Shown here: one piece after another, positions 8,499-18,200 of the stretch
How the letters are laid out: the number at the start of each line of letters is the position of its first letter
Position numbering within the stretch: the first letter of the stretch is position 1
Assembly (NCBI GenBank): GCA_965208835.1
Contig: OZ242358.1
Location: 2,848,001 to 2,912,000, forward strand
DNA: 64,000 nt
Source of the DNA: Candidatus Latescibacterota bacterium
GTDB taxonomy: Bacteria > Latescibacterota > UBA2968 > GCA-2709665
Direction: 5' to 3'
Notes under the pieces: generated by a model
The model's input: only the letters and a program-made list of their open reading frames with translations
What the model was told of the DNA's origin: nothing
The model's database searches: none
Position numbers and translations under genes: made by a program

Positions 8499-10724
8499 TC
8501 AGGTTTCGACCTTGCCGCCGCCGACAGCCATTACCGCCGACGTTTCCTGCTGGCTCTTTACGAGGCGATGGAAAATGCCTTCGCGCGACATCAGCTCGCG
8601 GTGAGTACCGACTTCGGCCACCCTACCGTCGTCCAACACGACTAACCTGTCGGCGCTGCGCAGCGTGGAAAGCCTGTGCGCGATCGCAAAGGTCGTGCGA
8701 CCCTTTACAAGACGTGAGATCGCCTTCTGGATCTTCCACTCGGTCCGCGTATCCAGCGAAGACGTCGCCTCATCCAGAATCAGAATTCGCGGATCGTGCA
8801 GAATCGCGCGCGCGATAGATATACGCTGCTTTTCGCCGCCCGACAGTCTCCCGCCCTTCTCTCCCACCTTCATATCGTATCCATCCGGCTTTTGTACGAT
8901 GAATTCGTGCGCTTCCGCCGCCGTGGCCGCCCGAATGACTTCACTGAACGTCGCAGCCGGCTTGCCGTAAGCGATATTCTCGGCAATGGTTCCGTCAAAG
9001 AGGAATGGCTCCTGCTGAACCATGCCGATCCGTGATCTAAGGTCTTCCAGGCAAACCTCCCGCATTTCCAGGCCGTCGACTTCAATACGACCGCCGTCCG
9101 GATCGTAGAAGCGGCAAATCAGATTGATCAGCGTGGATTTGCCGGCGCCGGATTTGCCCACGAGGCCAATCATCTCGCCCGGCTTCACCTCGAGGTTGAT
9201 GCCCTTCAGGACCGGCTTCCCACGATCGTACCCGAAGAACACATTCCTGAATTCAACCCGCCCGTCCATCCGCGGCAGGCGAACCGCATCATCCTTGTTG
9301 CCGGTTTCCTGCCTTGAATCCAGGACCTCAAATATACGTTCGGCGCCGGCGAAGGCCCGCAACAGGATATTGTAGAGTTCGCCAAACCACCGCAGTGGCT
9401 GGTACAACATCCACAGATAGCTGATGAAGGCAACCAGGGCGCCCAGCGTCATCTCCCCGCCCAGAATCTGACGGCCACCGAAATACCAGACCAGGAACAC
9501 GCCCCAACTCATCAGAAAATTCGTCACCGTAAAGAACACGAACCAGTTTCGCTCGCCAGCAACAGTCACCGCGCGCAGGTCCTCGTTACGTTTATCGAAT
9601 CGCTCGCTTTCACGGGATTCCTGCGCAAACGCCTTCACCACCCGGATGCCCCCAATCGATTCACTCAGGTGCGACGAAAGCCGGGACCACCTCCCACCCC
9701 ACCTGATCCAGTGGCGCATCACACGCTTCCATATGCGGCTTCCGCCCAGCACGATCGGGGGTATGGGCAACAGTACTAGCAGCGCAAGTTTCCAGTTTGT
9801 CGCCAGCAACAGGCCCAGGATTCCCACAAAAAGCAGCATCTTCGATACGACCAGAGGCAGGTCAGACGCCAGAAACCCCTCCAGCCTGTCGGAGTCGTTG
9901 GACATCCTCGAGATGAGACTGCCCGTGGTTCTACGGTCGTAAAACCGCAGCGGCAAAAATTGCAGCTTCCTGTAGAGGTCGGATCGGATATCCTGCACAC
10001 CCCTGTGTCCCAGGCGTTGAGAAAGCCATTCCGTAATTACCGAAGCCACACAGAACAGGATTCGCACCACCAGCAGCCCGAACACAAGCCAGACCAGGAG
10101 GTCGAAATTGGACCGCGGGGTAAGCACGTCGTCGATGATATGCTGCGTAATCCTGGGCGGCAACAGTTCCAGCGCGGTCGAAACAAGGGTCAGAATCACC
10201 ACAGATACCAGCCGCCACGGCTGCGCCGTCAGATATCGCAGAAGGCGCCGCAACGTCTGCCACTTCCTGATGCAGGCCGCACAGATCCCGTTTTTTTCAG
10301 GCAACAGCCGACGGCACGCGTCGCAGCGCTCCCGCTCCACTTCTTCCGGCAGAGACAGAGCCTTGCCCTTGGATAACTGCCTGATGCCCTCAGCCACCTC
10401 GGCAAACCTGGGTATCAGCGACTGTGTATACGGTACAAGTATCGGCCTTGCCATTCGCCGGTCCAGGGCCATGCAGCCCCCGCCCACCACCTCTTCCGTC
10501 CGTACACCCGCCAACTCATCCATTCGCACCACCACGAGATCGTTTTCGCCTTCGTGGGGAACGACGATTAACCGCTTCTCCGTGACAACGACCCACTGCC
10601 GGCCGAATTGCCGGTTCGGCAGCAGATCCGTAGCGAGGTGCATGAGCGCCGGCTCATCGTCCAGGCCTACGCTTCCAAGCGTTTCCGATACGGATTCCGG
10701 CAGGGTCTCTTTGTACGCATTCAT
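8499..10724 (-). CDS. ABC transporter, fused permease + ATPase (type IV exporter fold), N-terminal extension with CxxC-x10-CxxC
   Basis: Walker A GKSGAGKS, LSGGEKQR, ILDEATS, AHRLST; hydrophobic TMD; RCDACRRLLPEKNGICAAC. Confidence 0.92.
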   Translation of the reverse strand: MNAYKETLPESVSETLGSVGLDDEPALMHLATDLLPNRQFGRQWVVVTEKRLIVVPHEGENDLVVVRMDELAGVRTEEVVGGGCMALDRRMARPILVPYTQSLIPRFAEVAEGIRQLSKGKALSLPEEVERERCDACRRLLPEKNGICAACIRKWQTLRRLLRYLTAQPWRLVSVVILTLVSTALELLPPRITQHIIDDVLTPRSNFDLLVWLVFGLLVVRILFCVASVITEWLSQRLGHRGVQDIRSDLYRKLQFLPLRFYDRRTTGSLISRMSNDSDRLEGFLASDLPLVVSKMLLFVGILGLLLATNWKLALLVLLPIPPIVLGGSRIWKRVMRHWIRWGGRWSRLSSHLSESIGGIRVVKAFAQESRESERFDKRNEDLRAVTVAGERNWFVFFTVTNFLMSWGVFLVWYFGGRQILGGEMTLGALVAFISYLWMLYQPLRWFGELYNILLRAFAGAERIFEVLDSRQETGNKDDAVRLPRMDGRVEFRNVFFGYDRGKPVLKGINLEVKPGEMIGLVGKSGAGKSTLINLICRFYDPDGGRIEVDGLEMREVCLEDLRSRIGMVQQEPFLFDGTIAENIAYGKPAATFSEVIRAATAAEAHEFIVQKPDGYDMKVGEKGGRLSGGEKQRISIARAILHDPRILILDEATSSLDTRTEWKIQKAISRLVKGRTTFAIAHRLSTLRSADRLVVLDDGRVAEVGTHRELMSREGIFHRLVKSQQETSAVMAVGGGKVET

Positions 10725-10781
10725 GGGGTATTCCAGTTCAGCCAGGCCGACGGGAACGCCAGGCCCATGCCTTTCGACCTC

Positions 10782-10944
10782 GTGTTCTGTCCCGGAAATA
10801 AGTTGCCTAAATTCGACCGTCGAGTCGCCCGGCTCGCAAGGTGCCGGAGCGCAGGCGACCTGCGTAAGGTCGGCGAGCGAGGGGAACGTAGCGAGACGGG
10901 ATGAATCGTCGGTTGAATGGTGAGGAATTTCTGGGACAGGACAC
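10782..10944. mobile_element. MITE-like element family B, copy 1 (IS630-like ends)
   Basis: TIRs gtgttctgtcccggaaat / atttctgggacaggacac (16/18 complementary), followed by TAG; homologous along its length to 46764-46925. Confidence 0.8.
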
Positions 10945-10948
10945 TAGA

Positions 10949-13177
10949 CTACACCCTAACGGCGATTATCTCGGAAACTTCCTGCTGCAAGCGCGCCAGA
11001 TCGTGGAAGACACCCTCTTTCGAGAACAACTCACCGTGGGTGCCGGCCTCTACAATCCGTCCGCCATCCAGAACAACCAGACGGTCCGCGTTACGTAGCG
11101 TGGACAACCTGTGTGCAATCGCGAACGTCGTACGACCGCGTACGAGACGCGTCACCGCCTCCTGAATCTGGACCTCCGTCTGGACGTCGACGCTGGATGT
11201 CGCCTCGTCCAGAATCAAAATCCTCGGATCGTGAAGGATTGCACGGGCAAGGGACACGCGCTGTTTTTCGCCTCCCGACAGTTTTCCGCCCCTCTCTCCC
11301 ACGTCCGCATCGTATCCATCGGGCATGGACACGATAAAGCCGTGCGCATTGGCGGCCTTCGCCGCGTCCATGATTTCATCAAGACTCGCTCCAGGTTTGC
11401 CGTAACCGATATTTTCCGCAATGGTACCACTGAACAAGACGGGTTCCTGAAGGACGATGCCGATCTGAGCCCGCAAATCCTCCAGCCGGATTTTCCGGAT
11501 GTCGATACCGTCGATCTCGATACCTCCCGCATCCACGTCGTAGAACCTGCAGACCAGGTTTACGAGTGTGGTTTTGCCTACACCTGATCTACCCACGAGT
11601 CCGATCATCTCGCCTGGCTCAACATCCAGGTCGATGTCCCGCAACACGGGTTTCGATTTGTCGTACCCGAAGGTCACGCCTCTGAACTTTACACGGCCTT
11701 CAATTGCAGGCAGTGAGGTCGCCCCCGGATCGTCGTACGCTTCGGGGGGCGTATCGATGACCTCGAAGACGCGCTCGGCTCCGGTAAGTGCGCGTGACAT
11801 CCAGTTGCTCACCATGCCGAACCATTGCAGGGGGCCGTAAAGGAGCCACATGTAATTGTAGAACGCCATCAGCGTGCCCAGCGTCAACTCCCCGTCCAGC
11901 ACCCTCTGCCCCCCCAGAAGCCAGACGATCAACACACCCAGACCCGTCAGGAAGTTCGTTATATTCCAGAAAACCGCCCAGCTGGTTTCCGCCTGAACGG
12001 CCCTCGAGGTGAGTTCACGGTTACGCCGCTCGAATACGCTGATCTCGCGTCTTTCCTGCGTAAACGCCTTCACGACCCGAATGCCCGAGAGGGCCTCGTT
12101 CACGCGAGTGGTCAATTGAGACCAGCATCTGTACCACTTGACATAAAACCGGCGCATCCGCTTCCAGCAGACGGCTGTTCCGGCCACGACAAGCGGAACG
12201 GGGATCAGCACATAGAGGGTCAGACGCCAGTTCATCATCAGCAACGCCGCCAAGATGCCGAGAAACATCAGGCTGTTGATGATGAGATATGGCAATCCGT
12301 CGACCAGAAAATGCTGTAATCGTTCCGTGTCCCTCGTCACGCGTGACATGAGCGCGCCTACCTGACGCTTGTCGTAGAACTGAAGCGACAGCAGTTCCAG
12401 ACGCCTGTATAGCTGGCTTCGGATATCCGCCGTCACTCTCGCGCTCAGCCAGGTCGCCGTCCACCCATGCAGCCATTCCGCAGACCACGTAATCAACCGG
12501 ACGCCAGCCAGCGCAAGCACCAGTTGAACCAGAAGTTCGACCCTTTCGCCAACGGCTGATGTTTCGCGGGGCGCCAGAACGTCATCTACGATCAGTCGGG
12601 TTATCTGAGGCGGAATCAGCTCGGCGGCGGTTGTGAGGATGGTCGCGATCGCGAGGAGGCCCGCCCGTACCCTGTAGGGCCTCAGGTACCTCGCGATTCG
12701 TGCCAGCACATCCATCTTTTTCAGACATACCGGACAGATCCCGTTCTTCTCGGGCAAGAGCCGGTCGCAGGACTCGCATCGCGTCCGCTCCGGGACCCTA
12801 TCCCCCCATAACGCCTGTGAAGTCCGAAGCCGTTCGATCCCGCGGGCCAACTCTGAAAAATCACCGGCCAGCGTTTGGGAATGAAGCACGAGCACGGTCG
12901 GCTGCGATTTGCGTCTGATTTCCAGCTGCGCACCGCCGACGAGGGGTTCTGTACTGACCGACGAGACATCCGCGAGTGGGATATGCGTCCCGTCCTGCGT
13001 TCCTGTCTCAGGCAGTACGAGGATCCGTTCCCGGGTTACCACCACCCACTGGCAGCCGTAATCCCCCCGGGCGTCCAGGTCCGAGCGCACCTGGAGCAGC
13101 GGTGTCTCGCCGTCCTCCAGGATGGCATTTACACGAGACGCGACACCGTCGTTGTGTATCTCCTGCAATGGTGTCAT
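10949..13177 (-). CDS. ABC transporter, fused permease + ATPase, tandem paralog of 8499-10724
   Basis: GRSGVGKT, LSGGEKQR, LDEATS, AHRLST; RCESCDRLLPEKNGICPVC; same N-terminal D-L…YG..WVVVT..R motif. Confidence 0.92.
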   Translation of the reverse strand: MTPLQEIHNDGVASRVNAILEDGETPLLQVRSDLDARGDYGCQWVVVTRERILVLPETGTQDGTHIPLADVSSVSTEPLVGGAQLEIRRKSQPTVLVLHSQTLAGDFSELARGIERLRTSQALWGDRVPERTRCESCDRLLPEKNGICPVCLKKMDVLARIARYLRPYRVRAGLLAIATILTTAAELIPPQITRLIVDDVLAPRETSAVGERVELLVQLVLALAGVRLITWSAEWLHGWTATWLSARVTADIRSQLYRRLELLSLQFYDKRQVGALMSRVTRDTERLQHFLVDGLPYLIINSLMFLGILAALLMMNWRLTLYVLIPVPLVVAGTAVCWKRMRRFYVKWYRCWSQLTTRVNEALSGIRVVKAFTQERREISVFERRNRELTSRAVQAETSWAVFWNITNFLTGLGVLIVWLLGGQRVLDGELTLGTLMAFYNYMWLLYGPLQWFGMVSNWMSRALTGAERVFEVIDTPPEAYDDPGATSLPAIEGRVKFRGVTFGYDKSKPVLRDIDLDVEPGEMIGLVGRSGVGKTTLVNLVCRFYDVDAGGIEIDGIDIRKIRLEDLRAQIGIVLQEPVLFSGTIAENIGYGKPGASLDEIMDAAKAANAHGFIVSMPDGYDADVGERGGKLSGGEKQRVSLARAILHDPRILILDEATSSVDVQTEVQIQEAVTRLVRGRTTFAIAHRLSTLRNADRLVVLDGGRIVEAGTHGELFSKEGVFHDLARLQQEVSEIIAVRV

Positions 13178-13398
13178 TAAGTGACTTTCTCAGATTCCCG
13201 CTCTCAAGACGACTTCGAACCGCGATGGCGCATTCCGTCCGATTCGATCAGTACACCAGACATCGGGATTCAAACAAACGTCACCAACCTGTGATCGTCG
13301 CTCTTCCTGCGAATGACGACGCCACGACGTCCGCACGTTGCTAGAGGCTAACGGCGTTTTCGCATCCGCCAAAGTGAGCACTACCCATTTCCCGCGCC

Positions 13399-14046
13399 TC
13401 ACTTCACAAGTTCAATTGTGCCCCACAGGCTCGGGTCGTACGAAACAGGAAGCGGCTCGTCGGCGCTCCAGAACTGCCGTCCCTGCCTCCGATCCTGGAG
13501 CAGATAGGTGAATCCCAACAGGCGGTTTTCTTCCGGATCGAAACCGGTCAGCGTCTTCGCCGGCAGGTGGATCTCCAGTCGATATCCGGTTCCGGATGTA
13601 TCGCTGGCGACCTGCAACTCCGAGGATTCGCACTGTCTTGAATGCGCACGAGCCCGGCGTATACGTTTCTGTCCACCCCTTGACTTCAACCGTCCAGTGC
13701 CGGGCAGGAAATAGAAATGGTGGCAATACCGGCTCGCACGGTGCACGTTCCGGACATTCCGCGTATCCACCCAGACCTGCAAGCCATCGCCCTGCAGCGG
13801 ACGTCGGCGGTCCACGTTCGCGCCAGCCGCCTTCCTGACGTGTACCGCGAAGTAGAGACCCCGCTCGTTCCAGGCAGCGTAGACGTCGGAAAATGCCTCC
13901 CGTCCGTCCAAAGCCATGAGATCCGGCATTTTGTACGTACCGTTCCAATCCTTCAGGTCTCCGTCAATCGTCGGCGGCACTTTGCGATACGGGCACTGCC
14001 ACGCGAATCTGAAAAAGACGCGCTTTGATATCTCCAGATTCATCAA
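13399..14046 (-). CDS. CBM9/DOMON-like sugar-binding domain protein
   Basis: PTIDGDLKDW, AAWNERGLYFAV, GDGLQVWVD, GYRLEIHLP, DPSLWG motifs; overlaps upstream gene by 4 bp. Confidence 0.7.
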   Translation of the reverse strand: MMNLEISKRVFFRFAWQCPYRKVPPTIDGDLKDWNGTYKMPDLMALDGREAFSDVYAAWNERGLYFAVHVRKAAGANVDRRRPLQGDGLQVWVDTRNVRNVHRASRYCHHFYFLPGTGRLKSRGGQKRIRRARAHSRQCESSELQVASDTSGTGYRLEIHLPAKTLTGFDPEENRLLGFTYLLQDRRQGRQFWSADEPLPVSYDPSLWGTIELVK

Positions 14047-15101
14047 TTCTTGTCTTCCGCCGGCTGAACCAGGTTGCCGGCATCATGAACGACCGCCGAG
14101 TTTTCCATTACGTTACCGTGAACCAGGATTGGCCGGTCCGTGCCCGTCTGGTCGGTGACAACAACGTCGACATTCAGAAAGTGATTTCCGGTGACCGCCA
14201 TGCCAGCGCCTGTAAGCCAGAGCGGCAAACGTTTCCCCGGGTGCGGTCCACTGATCACATTTCCTGAAACGGACGTATTCAAACCGCGCACGTCCATCGC
14301 GAGACCCAGACTGCCACCCTCATCGACCGTAACTATATTGTCCGAAATCACGTGGCGCTCGGACCCCGCCCAGGATCGAAAGGCGATGTCCAGATCTCCA
14401 CCCTCCCGCACGTGTACGTGGTTGTTCGCCATTATGACCGAGTCACCGGCGTCGGATCCCGCGGCGACATGCGTCCGACCCGTAATCTCAACGAAATTAC
14501 CCATCACAAACCCCGGACCGCCCAGCAACTCCACCGCGTCCGAATACGCATTTCCCAGGCGGTTGTCAACGACCCTCATGTTGGGCCCCTGAAGCATAAT
14601 GCCGAGTCGCTGGGCATTCAACACAGTACAATTCCGTATCGTAATATCGTGTGTCGGCTTCGGGCAGGATCTGCCGGGTTCCGCACAGAACGCCTTGATG
14701 CCGTTGAATTCGAACCGCCCGTGGGAGACATTCCCGAACTCGGCGCCGTTGTACGGATTCTGATCCCGATTCTGGTCCACCCAGAGATCTCGTATTGTGA
14801 TATTTCCCACCCCGTTCCCGATAATGCGGATTACGTTCGTATTCTGTCCGGGCGCCAGAATCAGCCGTGTCGCGGCACCCTGCCCCGCCAGCGTCACGTT
14901 GCTCCGGTCGATAATCAACCCGCCGAGCGTACCCTCCTCCTTGCGGATGTCGTAAACGCCCTCCATCAGGACGACCGTGCCGCCCGACGGCGGAAGCGCC
15001 CGAATCGCAGCGTATATTTCCTCCTGATCGCCGCGCCCGTCGCCGACGAAATCGGCGGCGTCCCTGGACTTCGGCGACGAATTCCTGGTTGCGACTACCA
15101 T
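14043..15101 (-). CDS. Right-handed beta-helix protein (pectate-lyase-3-like N-terminus)
   Basis: ADFVGDGRGDQEEI…GGTVVLMEGVY, SNVTLAGQG, repeated xxIxxNxV/xxNxI beta-helix rungs. Confidence 0.7.
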   Translation of the reverse strand: MVVATRNSSPKSRDAADFVGDGRGDQEEIYAAIRALPPSGGTVVLMEGVYDIRKEEGTLGGLIIDRSNVTLAGQGAATRLILAPGQNTNVIRIIGNGVGNITIRDLWVDQNRDQNPYNGAEFGNVSHGRFEFNGIKAFCAEPGRSCPKPTHDITIRNCTVLNAQRLGIMLQGPNMRVVDNRLGNAYSDAVELLGGPGFVMGNFVEITGRTHVAAGSDAGDSVIMANNHVHVREGGDLDIAFRSWAGSERHVISDNIVTVDEGGSLGLAMDVRGLNTSVSGNVISGPHPGKRLPLWLTGAGMAVTGNHFLNVDVVVTDQTGTDRPILVHGNVMENSAVVHDAGNLVQPAEDKN

Positions 15102-15235
15102 CGTATTCCCCCGAATGATGATCGTGAAACACCGTTAAGAGCGCTATCTTACACCGGGTACGGATGCACCCTGCCCGTGGCCTGGATCGGCAATGCGCAT
15201 CAGGCGGGAACATCGGGCGTTTCCCTCAAGCCTTG

Positions 15236-18200
15236 TTAGCCGCAGTCGAGCACTTCTCTAAGGAACCGGCCCGTATGCGATGCGTCGACCTTCGCCACGT
15301 CTTCAGGCGTACCTTCCGCCACCAGGTATCCGCCGGCTTCGCCGCCGTCCGGACCAAGGTCGATGATCCAGTCCGCCGTCCTGATGACATCCAGATTGTG
15401 CTCGATCACGATGACCGTATTGCCCGCATCTACGAGTCGATTCAATACATCGAGCAGCCTGGCTACATCGGCGACGTGCAATCCGGTCGTAGGCTCGTCC
15501 AGCAGATATACTGTCTTGCCCGTGTCAGGCCGGGCGAGTTCCCTCGCGAGTTTTACCCGTTGCGCTTCCCCGCCCGACAGCGTGGTCGACGCCTGTCCCA
15601 TCTTGATATACCCCAATCCCACGTCGACCAGGGTCTTGAGCGTTCGACGGATTCCCGGCACGTTTGCGAACTGCCGCAGCGCGTGGTCGACCGTCATATC
15701 CAGCACATCGGCAACAGACCGGCCCTTGTACAGGACGTTCACCACATCCCGGTTGTACCGCTTCCCGCTGCAGTCCTCGCAGGTCACCCAGACATCGGGC
15801 AGAAAATGCATTTCGATACACCGTGATCCCAGCCCTTTACAGGCCTCGCAGCGGCCTTTCCGGTGATTGAAGCTGAAGTGCCCCGGCGAAAACCCGCGTA
15901 TCCTCGCGTCAGGCAACTGCGCATAGAGCGTCCGAATCTTGTCGAACACCTTCACGTAGGTCGCCGGATTGCTGCGTGGGGAAGAACCGATCGGGGACTG
16001 GTCGATGTTGATGACCTTGTCGATGCAGTCCATTCCCCGGACCTCGTCGTGATCCGCCGCGAATCCTCGGACATGGTTGAGTCCGGCGGAGAGCACCCCG
16101 TAAAGGACGTCGTTCACAAGCGAGGATTTTCCGGATCCCGACACGCCCGTGACGCCGATCAACATTCCGAGCGGAAACTTCACGTTCAGACGCTTCAGGT
16201 TGTTCTGGCGTGCGCCCACGACTTCGAGACAACCTTTAAGGGCAATCCTCCGTGGCGGCTGTTCGATGGCCAGTCCGCCCGCCAGGTACTCCGCCGTCAG
16301 TGATCCGTTCTCGGCGCTCAGGCGTTTCGGGTGCCCCTCCGCCACCAGCATTCCCCCGTGAGACCCGGCCCCGGGACCAAAATCCACAATATGATCCGCA
16401 GTTTCCAATGTCTCGCGATCGTGCTCGACGACCAGGAGGGTATTGCCGAGATCCCGCAACTGACGGAGGGCGGCGAGCAACCGTCGATTGTCCCGCTGGT
16501 GAAGTCCGATAGTCGGCTCATCCAGCACGTACAGTACGCCGGTCAGACCGGAACCAATCTGGCTGGCGAGACGGATTCGCTGCGCCTCGCCGCCCGATAA
16601 CGTGGGCGCCCGGCGCGACAGTGACAGGTATCCCAGGCCGACTTCGTACAGGAACCGCATCCGTTCGCGGATTTCCTGGAGGACTTCGCCGACGGCATCC
16701 AGCTCGCGACCTGTCAGTGTAAGATCCGTAAGCCATCGCCGCGCCGCACCGATGGGCAGGTCAACCAGCTCGCAAAGCGTCAGCCCGCGCAGACGGACGG
16801 AGGCACTTTCGGGCTTGAGACGCGTGCCTTCGCACGCACGGCACGGCACGTCTTCCACCAGATCGCCCATCTCTTCACGAAAGCGCGGGGAGAGTCTCGC
16901 CAGCTCCTCGAGCGAATTGAACAGACCCTTGTATTGGCATCGCATGCCGTTTGGGAGCCGAATCCATCGATCCCCGGTACCGTAGAGCAGCGCGTCCTGT
17001 GCAGCCTGCGACATCTGCGCGACCGGCGTCTCCAGGTCGAATTCCGCCACCTCGCCCACGGAACGAATCAGCGCTGCCAACGGGCCTTCGTTCATTTCGC
17101 CGAGAACCGGTACCGCCCCCTGGGACAAGGACCTTCGGGGATCCGGAATCAGCGTGTTCCTGCCCATCCCCCTCTGGATTCCCATGCCCTCGCATGAGGC
17201 GCACCATCCCTCAGGGCTGTTGAACGAAAGGTGCTGCGGGGTGACCTCGTCGAAACTCCTCCCGCACGACGGACAGGACAGGAACTGGCTGAATCTGGTT
17301 TCCACGTCATCGTCGGGAGAGGCCACGATGACGACGCCGCCCGACAACGCGAGCGCCTTCTCGATGGAATCCGCGATGCGCTTCCGTGCGCCGGGTCTCA
17401 GCGTGACGCGATCCACCAGGATCTCCAGCCTGTGCGACTGCCTATAGTCGATCTCTGCGGCGGAATTCAGGTCGAACACGTCTCCATCCAGCCTCCCACG
17501 CAGGTACCCGTCCCGAGCGGCCCTGGAAATCAGCCCGTTATAATCCTCTCCCCTGCCCGGTCGTTGCGGGCTCAGCAGATATATCCGTCTTCCCGAAGGC
17601 ATTCCCACGATTCGGTCGACGATTTCCTGAACCGCCAGCGCCCCGGCCCTCACGCCGCAGTCAGGGCAATGGACCTCTCCCACGAGCGCAAACAACGCCC
17701 GCAGGTAGTCATACACTTCGGTTACCGTGCCCACGGTAGACCGCGGGTTTCTGCTTGCGGCCTTCTGCTCTATGGCGATTGCAGGCGACAGCCCGATAAC
17801 CCGCTCGACCTTCGGTTTGGGAAGCTGACCCAAAAACTGCCGCGCGTATGCCGAAAGCGATTCTACATATCGCCTCTGGCCCTCCGCAAAAACCGTATCC
17901 AGGGCCAGCGAGGACTTTCCCGATCCGGAAACACCCGATACGGCGGTCAGCTTTTCTCGTGGAATCCGCACATCCACGTTCCGAAGGTTGTTCTCCCGTG
18001 CCCCGGTAACCTGGATTTCACGCACAAGTCCCCTGGGCCCATGGTGACGGCCATGCCCTGCGTCGGTCGTCGAAGGGACGTGTCCGTCTTCCAGGGCAGC
18101 CCGCAGAGGACGGGCCGTAGGAGAGCGTCTGGACCGCACCACGTGTTCGGGGGTCCCCTGAACCACCACATGGCCGCCGGCTTCCCCGCCTCCGGGTCCG

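Noticed and set aside
15102-15213. Possible frameshifted signal peptide upstream of the beta-helix gene
   Set aside because: Hydrophobic stretch is short and out of frame; ATG 15101 has its own GGGGGA RBS
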